Source of the DNA: a virus
Lineage: Duplodnaviria; Caudoviricetes
Virus record (IMG/VR): IMGVR_UViG_3300028897_000401
Coordinates: 1-54,900 of that record
DNA length: 54,900 nucleotides
Strand: one strand, 5' to 3'
Shown here: in pieces, positions 1 through 9,529 of the stretch
How positions within the stretch are numbered: the first letter of the stretch is position 1
Layout: each line of letters opens with the position of its first letter
Position numbers and translations under genes: made by a program
The notes under the pieces: generated by a model
What the model saw: the letters and a program-made list of their open reading frames with translations, nothing else
Told to the model about the DNA's origin: nothing
Databases searched by the model: none

Positions 1-654
1 CCCGGCTCCAACGTGGGCACGCCGTCTGGCGCGGGCCTCTACTTGGGAGCCGATTGTCTTGGTTATTACTCCGGCTCAGCCTGGGACGTCTATATAGACA
101 ACTCCGGTAACTTCATGTTCAAGGGCGATGCGAATAATTACCTTTCGTGGAACGGAAGCAATCTGACCTTGAGCGTTGATACGGCAAATGCCTTTGTGGT
201 TAAATCCGGTGGAGGTATTAAAATTGAACAGGGTGGCGATATAATTATGGAAGGTAACTCTAGTACGCCATCAAGAGTATATTTTGACACCGGAGGCACT
301 TATGATGTTGTAATGGCTGCAACGGAGCAGGGCAGCGGTGCTTTATGTTTTTACCCCACTACTGGCAATTACGGGCACTTTATTGTTGGTTTGGACGAAG
401 GGTTTTATAGTCAATTATTTTACAGTGTTCAGGTATATAGCCGTGATGAAATATCTTTGTCAACTTATTATGACAATAATAATAAGACCTTATATTATGC
501 TAACTCCGGTGATGGTAATAATATAATTGAGTTAACAAGCCATTCCACAACCGGGTTTGCAGACCTTACGCTCCATGCCTATGAAACTGCTGCCAACAGC
601 TATATAATGTTCAGGCGCAATGTATATGAGAATGGTTCCCGTGTCTATAAATAA
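1..654 (+). CDS. C-terminal part of a tail fibre / virion protein (5' truncated)
   Basis: Frame open from base 1. G/S/N/T/Y-rich beta-strand-like sequence, located just upstream of the lysis genes. Confidence 0.6.
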   Translation, partial: PGSNVGTPSGAGLYLGADCLGYYSGSAWDVYIDNSGNFMFKGDANNYLSWNGSNLTLSVDTANAFVVKSGGGIKIEQGGDIIMEGNSSTPSRVYFDTGGTYDVVMAATEQGSGALCFYPTTGNYGHFIVGLDEGFYSQLFYSVQVYSRDEISLSTYYDNNNKTLYYANSGDGNNIIELTSHSTTGFADLTLHAYETAANSYIMFRRNVYENGSRVYK

Positions 655-655
655 T

Positions 656-928
656 ATGGCCTATTTGGAAACATTCGATCTCCCGGCTACTTCCTATGGC
701 GGTATATTTTTCGGTACAGCATATAGCAGCGGGGGTCACTATTGCAGGGCAATATGCCACGTTCACGCAGATGGGTCACTGCAACTTGATGGCGATTATA
801 TGCAAAATTGGACGTATACTGATTCGGGTAGTTATATGGCTATATACGATAATGGTTCCAATGCTCAACTAAAAAATCGCAACTCAAGCTACACAATGGA
901 TGTTTTTGGAGTTTTTCTATACTACTAA
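656..928 (+). CDS. small virion-associated hypothetical protein
   Basis: ATG 1 nt after the previous stop; composition like the upstream tail protein. Confidence 0.45.
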   Translation: MAYLETFDLPATSYGGIFFGTAYSSGGHYCRAICHVHADGSLQLDGDYMQNWTYTDSGSYMAIYDNGSNAQLKNRNSSYTMDVFGVFLYY

Positions 929-941
929 CGGGAGGGGAGCA

Positions 942-1388
942 ATGAGCTTCAAAATCAAGAACCACAAATTAGACACTGTTTTAAAGTCCAAGGGGTTTAC
1001 CAGGATCACCACAGAATCTTTACCGGCGCGGTTTAGTTATCCACTGGCCTTACTGACGAAACAACTCAGAGAGGCTATGGACGTAATCGGCGACGAACAG
1101 CGCAAACTTGCTGAGAAGTATTGCGACCGCGACGACAAAGAAAAGCTAAAGCGGCGACAGGACGGCGGGTATTTTTTCACCGAGCGCCTGGACGAGTTTC
1201 AACCGGCGTTTGAAGAGTTGATGAACCAGGAAACCCCTATTAGCGGCAACAAGATAAAGGTAGACCTGGATGCGCTGAACAGCGAACTGGAAAAGCCGCT
1301 TACCGCCATGGAGATAGTCGAGCTGTCTTTGATTATCGACTTTGATTTTAACGGAGAAGGAACCCCGAAAAAGAAAAAGGGGAAATAA
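942..1388 (+). CDS. phage hypothetical protein (tail-fibre chaperone-like position)
   Basis: GGAGGGGAG RBS before ATG 942; charged helical protein; its stop overlaps the next start. Confidence 0.55.
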   Translation: MSFKIKNHKLDTVLKSKGFTRITTESLPARFSYPLALLTKQLREAMDVIGDEQRKLAEKYCDRDDKEKLKRRQDGGYFFTERLDEFQPAFEELMNQETPISGNKIKVDLDALNSELEKPLTAMEIVELSLIIDFDFNGEGTPKKKKGK

Positions 1389-1819
1389 TGTACGTTCCCA
1401 AACATTTTGTGCTGGAAGAGTTGTTGCCGCGACAAATCTATTTTGACCTCATGCGCGAGGATAAACTGGATTACGCCTGGGGAATATTTGACGACCGAAT
1501 ATTGTGGACGGCAGACGCGCTCAGGATACGGTACGGCAAAATGATCGTCAATACCTGGAAGTGGGGCGGCTTGAGCCAGTTTAGAGGCTGGCGACCATTC
1601 GACTGCAAGGTGGGAGCCGATTGGAGTCAGCACAAATTCGGCAGAGCTTTAGATTTGGTTCCGGCAGAGGTAAGTGTGGAAAAAATTCGCTCCGACATAA
1701 AGGCCGAGCCCTTCTTGGAGCACTTTATGTATATCACATGCATAGAGGATAACGTAAGCTGGCTACACTTTGATTGCCGAAACTGGGATAAAATCAAAGA
1801 CGGTCTTTTAATAGTTTAA
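1388..1819 (+). CDS. endolysin, peptidase M15 (Zn D-Ala-D-Ala peptidase fold)
   Basis: Motifs G-W-R, SQHKFGRALD and WLHFD match the M15 metal-binding pattern; lies next to membrane-protein genes. Confidence 0.85.
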   Translation: MYVPKHFVLEELLPRQIYFDLMREDKLDYAWGIFDDRILWTADALRIRYGKMIVNTWKWGGLSQFRGWRPFDCKVGADWSQHKFGRALDLVPAEVSVEKIRSDIKAEPFLEHFMYITCIEDNVSWLHFDCRNWDKIKDGLLIV

Positions 1820-1847
1820 CAAGTGTGCGCATACATACAAGGAGAGC

Positions 1848-2240
1848 GTGATGCGATTGGGTAAGGTAAAAATGGGATGCAAGGTTGTTTTGGTCGTACT
1901 GATTTTGTGCGGAATGGTCGGCTGCGTTACCCCTGGCGGCATGAAAATACCCACTACGCTAGAGGAAAGTATTGTTGCCTACGTTGCGGCCCGCATGGAG
2001 TTTAACGACACGATGAAAGACTATCTGGTTTACAAGCAGATGATGACCCCGGAAAAACAGGCTGATTTGTCTGCGAAAGTAAAACCGGTAGCCAAAACAG
2101 TAGACGATGCCTTGGATGCCTGGGGTGAGGCCATAGATGCCGGGCAATTAGGGCTACCGGAACGCGAAACGTGGGCTTCCCACATGAAAACTTTCGTCAA
2201 CTTGCTTATGACGCTGAACGTCATCGAAGTGAAGGAGTAA
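1848..2240 (+). CDS. lipoprotein in lysis cassette (possible spanin component)
   Basis: Hydrophobic signal ending in lipobox-like MVGC, followed by a helical domain. Confidence 0.55.
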   Translation: MMRLGKVKMGCKVVLVVLILCGMVGCVTPGGMKIPTTLEESIVAYVAARMEFNDTMKDYLVYKQMMTPEKQADLSAKVKPVAKTVDDALDAWGEAIDAGQLGLPERETWASHMKTFVNLLMTLNVIEVKE

Positions 2241-2420
2241 ACAGTGGCCCCTATAGTTATAACACCGGAACATTTGATGTTGTTTGGCATTCTTATGGGG
2301 CGTTTGGCTTCCAAGACCTGGGAAAAGGTTTCTCAAATGTCGGTCGAAGAAGCCATGTCCAAGAAAGCCGAACTGGAAAAAGAAACAGACGAACTGCTAG
2401 AACAACTCTAGGAGGATAAG

Positions 2421-2744
2421 ATGGATTGGCTTATTAATTTTCTAGCGAATCCGCTCGCGCTGGACCCGACGCTGGTTCCCTTTGTGACCAAGTTGATTGC
2501 GGGGAATGTTATTACAGCCAGCGTGGTGTGGGGCATTTTGAAGTACTGTGCGGTAAAGAGCACGTGGGCCGTGGATGACAAGGTAATCCAGTTTTTGACG
2601 GGCATGTTTAAGGCGGCGAAGGATTCGATTCCCCAAAAGGGCAACCAAGAACCTACAGAGCCGATACAGGAGCCCGTAATAGAATATTGCGATCACTGCG
2701 GGGCTTTACTGGAGAGTCACGATGACAGCCCGGCAAAAGAATAA
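2421..2744 (+). CDS. holin-like membrane protein
   Basis: GGAGG RBS; hydrophobic N-terminal half with TWAVDDK motif; lysis context. Confidence 0.5.
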   Translation: MDWLINFLANPLALDPTLVPFVTKLIAGNVITASVVWGILKYCAVKSTWAVDDKVIQFLTGMFKAAKDSIPQKGNQEPTEPIQEPVIEYCDHCGALLESHDDSPAKE

Positions 2745-3015
2745 CGGCAACGGCTGGAAGTTTGTCACGGCAATATTGATTATACTAGGCTTAATGGGAA
2801 CGATGATTGCCATAAATGCGGGAGCCATCTCAAACCTGAAAGAGTCGCTGCCAAAAGACTACGTTCAGAAAGAACGATTAAAGACGGAAGTGGAATACTT
2901 GCGGTGCGAATTAGGTAAGGTTTCAACGGAGCTGAGCAAGATACAGGCTAAGCTGGATACCCTAATCATGCGCGAAGTGTCTGCAATGTCACATGACCGC
3001 GACCGTCCCAACTAA
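2722..3015 (+). CDS. single-TM coiled-coil protein (holin/antiholin-like)
   Basis: One TM helix followed by a coiled coil; lysis context. Confidence 0.5.
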   Translation: MTARQKNNGNGWKFVTAILIILGLMGTMIAINAGAISNLKESLPKDYVQKERLKTEVEYLRCELGKVSTELSKIQAKLDTLIMREVSAMSHDRDRPN

Positions 3016-3149
3016 CCAGATAGGTTTTCTGCCCACAACGCAATTCCTGTATTTTGAATGAGTGAATCGGTGCGACAAAAAACCGGTTCCGCCTCAAAAA
3101 TTTAATCACCCGGACAGACTGATCCAACTCCAGGCTGGTGGAGACTTCC

Positions 3150-3194
3150 AAGCCGTCTATGTGGTGCGTTATGGACTGCATAGACGGCTTTTTA
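3150..3194 (+). terminator. intrinsic terminator
   Basis: Stem AAGCCGTCTATG / CATAGACGGCTT followed by a T-run. Confidence 0.55.
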
Positions 3195-3237
3195 TCATAT
3201 ATCCACCCAAAGTGTAAACACAAAAAAGGAGCGGTGA

Positions 3238-4563
3238 ATGGGCTTAATCAAATTCACTGACGACGAGCTACTAGAGCACCTTTCGGAGTTGATTGCCAAG
3301 TACGGCAGTACGTTGACCAGACGACATTTTGAGGGGTTACCAGAGAGAGAGTATGGCTGGTCTACCTACAAACAAAGATTCGGGTCGTGGAATCAAGCAA
3401 AAGAGCTTGCCTTGATATACGAAGCCAAATCGAAAAAAGCCAAGCCAAAAAAGGGAGACATAGTAAAGAAGAAATTCGACAGGGAATCCGGCACGGTCAC
3501 CACGGTTTCGGGGCGTATCAAAACCCTAGAGGAAGCCCTGACAAAGGGCGAAGTTGATATAAACCAATGGGAAGTCGAACGGTACGTTATCAATTCGTGG
3601 GAAGTGGGAGCGAAGCTCCCCAGCGGTACGGTAGTTGTCGAGCCGCTGTGGCAAGTAAAGGTGTGGTTAAAGCGACGCGTACCAGACGTGACCGATCTTG
3701 CTATCCGCAATCTCATAAAAGACATACCGAAGTGGAAACCCGTAAAACCCCGGAAGCGTTTGCCGGAGAGCGATTTTGCCCTGGAGATGGCTTTGTTTGA
3801 CGCCCATTTCGGCAAGTTGGCCTGGAAAAAGGAAGTTGAACAGGGCGACTACGATCTTGACATAGCCGAACAGTTTTACATGGAATCCGCCGAACAAAAC
3901 CTTACACACGCCGGAAATTATCCGATCAGCAAGATTTTTTACATACTCGGACAAGACTTAATGCACGTCGAGAATTACCAGGGGCAAACCCCTATCGGCG
4001 GACACAAATTAGACGTGGATTCCCGATTGCCGAAAGTTTACACCGTAGCCAAACGTGCGGTGCTGCGAAGCATAGAAATGTGCCTAGAGGTTGCCCCGGT
4101 GGAAGTTTTGTGGATTCCAGGCAATCACGATATGCACGCGAGTTTTTACCTGTCTGAAGTGGTCAAAGAACGGTTCCGCGACGATAAATTTGTCACGGTA
4201 GACAATTCGCCACCCTGGCGCAAGGCGAGGCTTTGGGGAAACCTACTTGTGGCCTATACGCACGATGCGAGTCGCAGAACTGTAAGTATAGTAAATATGC
4301 TGCCGCAATTCTGGCCTGAGTTGTGGGGCAAGTCGAAATTCCGAGAGTGGCACGTCGGCCACAAACACAAGAAAGAAGAGTTGAAATTCCATCCTACACT
4401 CACCGTGGGCGGGGTTATTATTCGACAAATCCCGACGTTAAGCACGATAGACGCGTGGCATTATCAAGAGGGATTTGTAGACGCCGTTCCAGCCGGTGAG
4501 AGTTTTATTTGGACTAAGGATCACGGTATCTGCGGACAGTACACAGCCTACGTGGGCGAATAG
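3238..4563 (+). CDS. calcineurin-like metallophosphoesterase with N-terminal HTH-like (homing-endonuclease-associated repeat) domain
   Basis: DAHFG, GQD, PGNHD, THD and GHKH motifs; N-terminal YKQRFGSWNQA motif. Confidence 0.8.
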   Translation: MGLIKFTDDELLEHLSELIAKYGSTLTRRHFEGLPEREYGWSTYKQRFGSWNQAKELALIYEAKSKKAKPKKGDIVKKKFDRESGTVTTVSGRIKTLEEALTKGEVDINQWEVERYVINSWEVGAKLPSGTVVVEPLWQVKVWLKRRVPDVTDLAIRNLIKDIPKWKPVKPRKRLPESDFALEMALFDAHFGKLAWKKEVEQGDYDLDIAEQFYMESAEQNLTHAGNYPISKIFYILGQDLMHVENYQGQTPIGGHKLDVDSRLPKVYTVAKRAVLRSIEMCLEVAPVEVLWIPGNHDMHASFYLSEVVKERFRDDKFVTVDNSPPWRKARLWGNLLVAYTHDASRRTVSIVNMLPQFWPELWGKSKFREWHVGHKHKKEELKFHPTLTVGGVIIRQIPTLSTIDAWHYQEGFVDAVPAGESFIWTKDHGICGQYTAYVGE

Positions 4564-4571
4564 GGGGAGCG

Positions 4572-4955
4572 ATGCGAGTTTATTTGTCTGGCGGAATGAG
4601 AACCAACTGGCAAGAAAAAGTAAAACGGGCATGCCCCGACCTACGGTTTGCTGATCCCATGCTGAATGGCGGCAAGATCATGGCAGAATATGGAACCTGG
4701 GATATGCACGCTGTAAAAAAATGCGACATAGTGTTTACCTATATGGAAAGAACAAATCCGTGTGGAGCCGGGCTCGCCGCTGAAACGGGCTATGCCAGAG
4801 GTTTGGGAAAAACCATTATTCTGGTTTTAGAAAAAGATAACGAACATGTGCCCGACCGCTATTTATTATGGCTGGCCAAGATGGCCGACATAACCTTTGA
4901 CAACCTGGATGACGGCATAGCTTATCTGCAAAAATATCAAGGCATGTTCGTATGA
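4572..4955 (+). CDS. nucleoside 2-deoxyribosyltransferase / nucleotide N-hydrolase family
   Basis: VYLSGGM, D-x5-CDIV and GLAAETGYA motifs. Confidence 0.8.
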   Translation: MRVYLSGGMRTNWQEKVKRACPDLRFADPMLNGGKIMAEYGTWDMHAVKKCDIVFTYMERTNPCGAGLAAETGYARGLGKTIILVLEKDNEHVPDRYLLWLAKMADITFDNLDDGIAYLQKYQGMFV

Positions 4956-5284
4956 CACATGAACAGGCATCACGCTACCTACACAGAATATACCGGGTGC
5001 TTGGCAGCAACGAAGTCGCTATAGTATTCAAGCGAATGAAGCGGTTTTCTGGCATGTGTGAGGGCGACCGTATCCTAATTGATCCTACCAGCGAAATCCT
5101 ACCTGTATTGATACATGAGTTCCTGCATTACTTCTATCCAGACGAAGAGAACCACCCTACCATTGACGCGCTAGAAAATGAGATAGTGAGCCAGCTAACA
5201 GTTAAACAGTGGAGAAACCTGTTAATTCGGCTAGCCTATGCACTCCGCCGGTGTGATAAGTGTGGATCGCAGCTTCCATTATAG
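4952..5284 (+). CDS. small HExxH zinc metallopeptidase-like protein
   Basis: LIHEFLH motif; ATGA overlap with upstream gene. Confidence 0.6.
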   Translation: MTHEQASRYLHRIYRVLGSNEVAIVFKRMKRFSGMCEGDRILIDPTSEILPVLIHEFLHYFYPDEENHPTIDALENEIVSQLTVKQWRNLLIRLAYALRRCDKCGSQLPL

Positions 5285-5449
5285 GTTGCTCTTGTAGACT
5301 GCGCGCCAGCAATTTTTTATACGATATTTTTTAGTTATTTTAACGCATATATGAGTTAGAAGGTTTTGCAACATTTTTCGCAACACTTTGTTGCAATATT
5401 GTTGAACATTTTTAAGTTGCTAAAATTGTTATAATTTCAAGTTCTTCCA

Positions 5450-5466
5450 TTGGCACGCTTTTTGCT
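5450..5466 (+). promoter_or_regulatory. sigma54 (-24/-12) promoter
   Basis: TTGGCACGCTTTTTGCT matches TGGCAC-N5-TTGC with exact GG-N10-GC spacing, in an AT-rich intergenic region. Confidence 0.75.
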
Positions 5467-5639
5467 AGGTGCAACATTTTTGATGCAACAAAATGTTGCA
5501 AATTCTGTGTTGCAGCGCGCTATAGCGTACAACATCTGTAGCATTTCTGCTAACATCTCAAAATCATTACATAACATTTTTGTTATTTTTTTTCCATTGT
5601 GGTATGTATGCGCACACTTCTTGCACTACCTATTATCAA

Positions 5640-6350
5640 ACATTAACCCACACAGAAAAGGACGAGGCCAGGGATAAAGGGAAGCAACGGTACTTAACCT
5701 GGCATAAAATAAGGAAGAGGCAAACTTCAAAACGCGAACTCTTCGGGCGAGTACAGGGAGGCAAAGCATCACAAAGTCCTTCCAGCGAAAGCGAGAGCCG
5801 GGACGGCAAGGAAAGCCCACCACCACCTCAAAACTCCAGCCAGCCAAATCCTTCAGCAGCCTGGGAAGCTGGTAAAGACCCCCAGCCTTTTACGGTTAGG
5901 CTTATTTGAACCGAGTCCGATGATAACCACACCGGGAAAGACGATCCAACTCCAGCCAGGAGAAGGAGCCTTTCATAAGGTAGTCGATCCCACTCATCGG
6001 GAAGGGATAGGACATCAAGTCGCCCCAGACGAGGTTATTTTCAGTTCGACCCGAAATGCAACGGAACTGTAGCCGCGAGGCTCAAAATCTTTTGGACGTT
6101 TGAGGGGGAGCATGATTCCTTTCAAATACATGATGGCGTTCCTATTTGGGTGCAGGGACAATTAGGAAAGACTATGACTGGAAACGGCCATTGTTCGTAC
6201 TAGGGCTTATGGACACAGTAGGCGGTGGAACCGCTGAGAAACAGAGAGTCCCAACCTTAGCTGGTTGGCAGACCCTAGCTGAACGCGATTGCACTTGAAA
6301 AAGGAGATCATGTATTTGACAGGGATCGTGTTCTTTCCTGAACCGTTCAA
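5640..6350 (+). ncRNA. candidate large structured non-coding RNA / leader
   Basis: No convincing ORF. About 40 bp of long-range helix (6091-6134 with 6307-6350) containing many G-U pairs, plus several internal hairpins. Confidence 0.5.
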
Positions 6351-6364
6351 AAAAGGAGAAAAGC

Positions 6365-6595
6365 ATGAAAGCGAAGAAATGCTGCCATTGCAGCAAAGAG
6401 ATAGTAGGAGAACCCTTCAAGGAGTTTACGAGGGAGACTTATTACCATAACTATCATCGCACCCACGTCAAGAAAACGTACTGGCACGAGCATTGTTGGT
6501 ATGAAGTGGAGAAAATCAATGAGCAAGTGAGAGAGGATTCCCTGAAAGAGCTTAGAGAGTTGGCGAAAAAACTTGGCGTCGAGATCACGGTTTAA
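6365..6595 (+). CDS. hypothetical early protein
   Basis: AAGGAG RBS; Cys/His-rich. Confidence 0.6.
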   Translation: MKAKKCCHCSKEIVGEPFKEFTRETYYHNYHRTHVKKTYWHEHCWYEVEKINEQVREDSLKELRELAKKLGVEITV

Positions 6596-6605
6596 GGAGA
6601 AAAGC

Positions 6606-6803
6606 ATGAAAACAGTCAGAGTAGAGTTTGATTTTACAGAAAGAATAGTCTCAGCGAATACTCACCTTACAGACAAGCTGGAAGACGGTGACATTCTTTA
6701 CGATACCGTAACCGGAAATGGTCGCAAGATCATAATGATCGCCGAAGACGAAAACGGGAACCTCAAAATTTACACCGAGCCAGCGACAGTAATTAAGCTG
6801 TAG
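6606..6803 (+). CDS. hypothetical early protein
   Basis: AAGGAGAAAAGCATG start context identical to that of the 6365 gene. Confidence 0.6.
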   Translation: MKTVRVEFDFTERIVSANTHLTDKLEDGDILYDTVTGNGRKIIMIAEDENGNLKIYTEPATVIKL

Positions 6804-6816
6804 AAAGGAGCAGATC

Positions 6817-7014
6817 ATGTTTAGGATCGAAAGTATATGGAACAAAAACTGGGAGATTACGATCGACCAGGAGAATTTAATAGTTGAGGCTGCTCAGACG
6901 GTTCCTGGCCGCGTTTGCGCGGTTCGGACGTTCAAGGCCAAAACTATCCGGCAAGCATGGTTTGCATACTTCAACCCACGAAAGGTTGAGGGCTTGCTGA
7001 AAGAAGGCTACTAG
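6817..7014 (+). CDS. hypothetical early protein
   Basis: AAAGGAG RBS. Confidence 0.55.
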   Translation: MFRIESIWNKNWEITIDQENLIVEAAQTVPGRVCAVRTFKAKTIRQAWFAYFNPRKVEGLLKEGY

Positions 7015-7225
7015 ACGCTTTTCCGAAAGGCTGGAGCAAATGTTCCAGCCCAAGGTGAAGGTTTAGCGGGCAATGTCACTCCCAATGGTTGCGATAGTAC
7101 CAACGGCGGTGGTTGCCTGGGGGAGTCAACTTAGGGGGAATCGTGGCAGAGTAGGTGGACGAGCTTAATAGCCGTCGCAACTGAAGGCGTCAAGGTTCAA
7201 CCGCAAGAGCAAGAAGGGGGAGAAA

Positions 7226-7579
7226 ATGAAGGTAACAATGATGGACGTGCTGATTCGGCCCCACTTGCTGAAGTTGGGGGCGGAGATGTACACAACTAAT
7301 CGGATTCGCAGAGTCGCCGAAGAGGTTGGAATCAAACCTAAACCGCAGCCGGAAAAACCCAAGACGGTTTGGGAGTTGCTGGAAGAGCAACGAGTTAGAA
7401 ACGAGCAAGGGAATTGGTATCCGGCCAGCAATGGTACGGAGACACCTTTTCGCACACGGACCGGACGGCGGTTGCTTTACTGCTACCAGCCGACCACCGG
7501 ACGGCACGCTTACTTGGATTTGGATACGGACTTGATCCTGTCCAACGAAGAGGCAGAGAAGGCGCTGGCTCTCTATTAA
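7226..7579 (+). CDS. hypothetical phage protein
   Basis: GGGGGAG RBS; protein-like C-terminal domain (ETPFRTRTGRRLLYCYQP). Confidence 0.6.
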   Translation: MKVTMMDVLIRPHLLKLGAEMYTTNRIRRVAEEVGIKPKPQPEKPKTVWELLEEQRVRNEQGNWYPASNGTETPFRTRTGRRLLYCYQPTTGRHAYLDLDTDLILSNEEAEKALALY

Positions 7580-7967
7580 GTGTGCGCACAAAAACCAAGG
7601 CTGGAGCAGTTGAAGATGTTCCAGCCCACATTGGAGCCGATCAGCATACGGAAAGTAGGCCAAGAGGACGTAATCGCCATGAGCCACCCGATTTCACATA
7701 GTCGTTAACCGTCCGAATGGACGCCTAAAGCTATCACTGATCTTGGGTCTGACCGGGAAACCCGCGAGGCAAACAGGGAACGGCAAAACTGCTGGATATG
7801 CGTGGACTTGGGAACGGCTAGGACGCAGTTGATCGGTTGCAATGTGTAACTTTTCTCCAGACAAACCGTGTAAGTCGGCAATAAAGAGTGATTCTGACCC
7901 TAGACCGTGAGAGTCGGTTAAAGAAGATAGCGACTTGTCTGGAGAATTTAACATGAGGGGGGATAAA

Positions 7968-8378
7968 ATGAAACGTATAAGAAACGAGAAAGTGGTATGC
8001 CTGTTAATGGCATACGCGATTTTCTTGGTGACTATGGCGATTGCTCGGCCAGAGGGTAACCCTAGGCTTGTTGGTTGTTGGAATGCTGCTGAGTGGGAAG
8101 AGTCTGTTAGGCAGACAACTTATACTCACAACGTCGCAACCGAGCATGCGCACAAAGCCTATGAATTTCTTCGGTACGAATGGCTGACAACGCTAGAAGT
8201 TGCCAAGAGATTGGAAGAGGTTGGCTCTCAGGACCAGCCTATTTACGAACACACACTTGAAACCCTGGAGCAACTCCAGAGCCATGGGCTGACCTTATTT
8301 TTTGAGAGCCGTGATTACGAGGATTACAACTACGAGGCCCATATTGAGGCCGAGAAAATGAAAGTGAGGGAGATATGA
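7968..8378 (+). CDS. exported hypothetical protein
   Basis: GAGGGGG RBS; N-terminal signal/TM segment. Confidence 0.55.
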   Translation: MKRIRNEKVVCLLMAYAIFLVTMAIARPEGNPRLVGCWNAAEWEESVRQTTYTHNVATEHAHKAYEFLRYEWLTTLEVAKRLEEVGSQDQPIYEHTLETLEQLQSHGLTLFFESRDYEDYNYEAHIEAEKMKVREI

Positions 8379-8541
8379 ATTGGATCGCCTATTGTACTAC
8401 TTGTGGCAAGGTTTTAGAAAACTGTCCCAATGGGCATTTTGTTGAAGGTGCTGCCAGGGTGCATATAAAAAACCCTGAGCATACCTATGAACACCAGGTG
8501 ATAGTCGGCTATCTTTACAACGTAGAAAAGGAGAAAGCATA

Positions 8542-8787
8542 ATGGCTTACGATTCATCAAAAGACGTAGAGTTAGGCAGTTGGAGCCTTGACGGCAAGCA
8601 CAATACCTTAGAGGTTGCCGTCATGCAGTACAACGGGGGCGAGGCAAAGGTGTCGCTGCAACGGTTTTTCGTAAAGAAAAACGGAGACAGGCAGTGGACG
8701 AAACTTGGCAGGCTAACCATGGACGAGTACCTGTGGTTGATCGAGCTGAAACCTGAAATTCAGAAGGCGATCAGGGAGTCTGTATGA
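8542..8787 (+). CDS. PC4/YdbC-like ssDNA-binding protein
   Basis: LEVAVMQYNGGEAKVSLQR...WTKLGRLT pattern of PC4-like proteins. Confidence 0.65.
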   Translation: MAYDSSKDVELGSWSLDGKHNTLEVAVMQYNGGEAKVSLQRFFVKKNGDRQWTKLGRLTMDEYLWLIELKPEIQKAIRESV

Positions 8788-9271
8788 AAAAAGTTAAATG
8801 CCCGCATTGCGGAAAGTCGGCAATGCAAAGAAAGCTCAGGGATGGTTCCGTAGAGTTTTTGCATGGCAAGGTTGACACGCAAGGTTTTATTCCAGTGTTT
8901 TTGGTGGACAAGACCTGCGTAACCAAAACGAGCAAGGGACCAGAGAGGTTGTCTCGGTATTTCCCAATGTAAACCCTGCCACGATGGGCCGGAGCTTATC
9001 CGGCCCATGTGAGAGTGTTTACTTTTTACCTTAATAAAAAGGGGGATAAAATGAACGAATCACAACTGAGAGGAATGAGGGAAATGGCTAGAATCATGCA
9101 GAAGCCTAGCAAGTCAAAAACAAAGGAACTTATCACCGACTTGCTTAGCGAGATTTCAATTTCTGTCACTGATCTCGCCACCGATCCGGCATATTTGGAT
9201 TTGCTGGAAGCAACCCTGGTCAAAATCAACCGTGTTAAGTACTACGTGGACACGAGGCTGTAGGGGGAGCA

Positions 9272-9529
9272 ATGAACACAAACATCAAGCCGCTCTTTCC
9301 TGGCGAAGTGGAAGAGTGGGAAGGCAAGGTGTGGCACCACCACGAGAAATACCAAGCCTGTCCGGACTGCGATGTTGATCTGAATGATGACAGGTATTGT
9401 TCGGCGTGTGGGACCACATGGGACGATGAATTGATGTATCCGGCTACACCGCTCAAGTGCAAGTGTGGTGGAAAAAGATTTCATACAGCACATTGTACGA
9501 GTGTGCTCACAGATACAAGAAAGGAGTAG
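9272..9529 (+). CDS. small zinc-ribbon protein
   Basis: CPDC...CSAC pairs; GGGGGAG RBS. Confidence 0.5.
   Translation: MNTNIKPLFPGEVEEWEGKVWHHHEKYQACPDCDVDLNDDRYCSACGTTWDDELMYPATPLKCKCGGKRFHTAHCTSVLTDTRKE

Noticed and set aside
3121-5955. 13-nt direct repeat GATCCAACTCCAG at 3121 and 5943
   Set aside because: Single 13-mer pairs are expected by chance in 55 kb.
7755-7795. c-di-GMP-I riboswitch-like words (GGCAAAC, GCAAAAC)
   Set aside because: Could not build the required P2 tetraloop/receptor arrangement.
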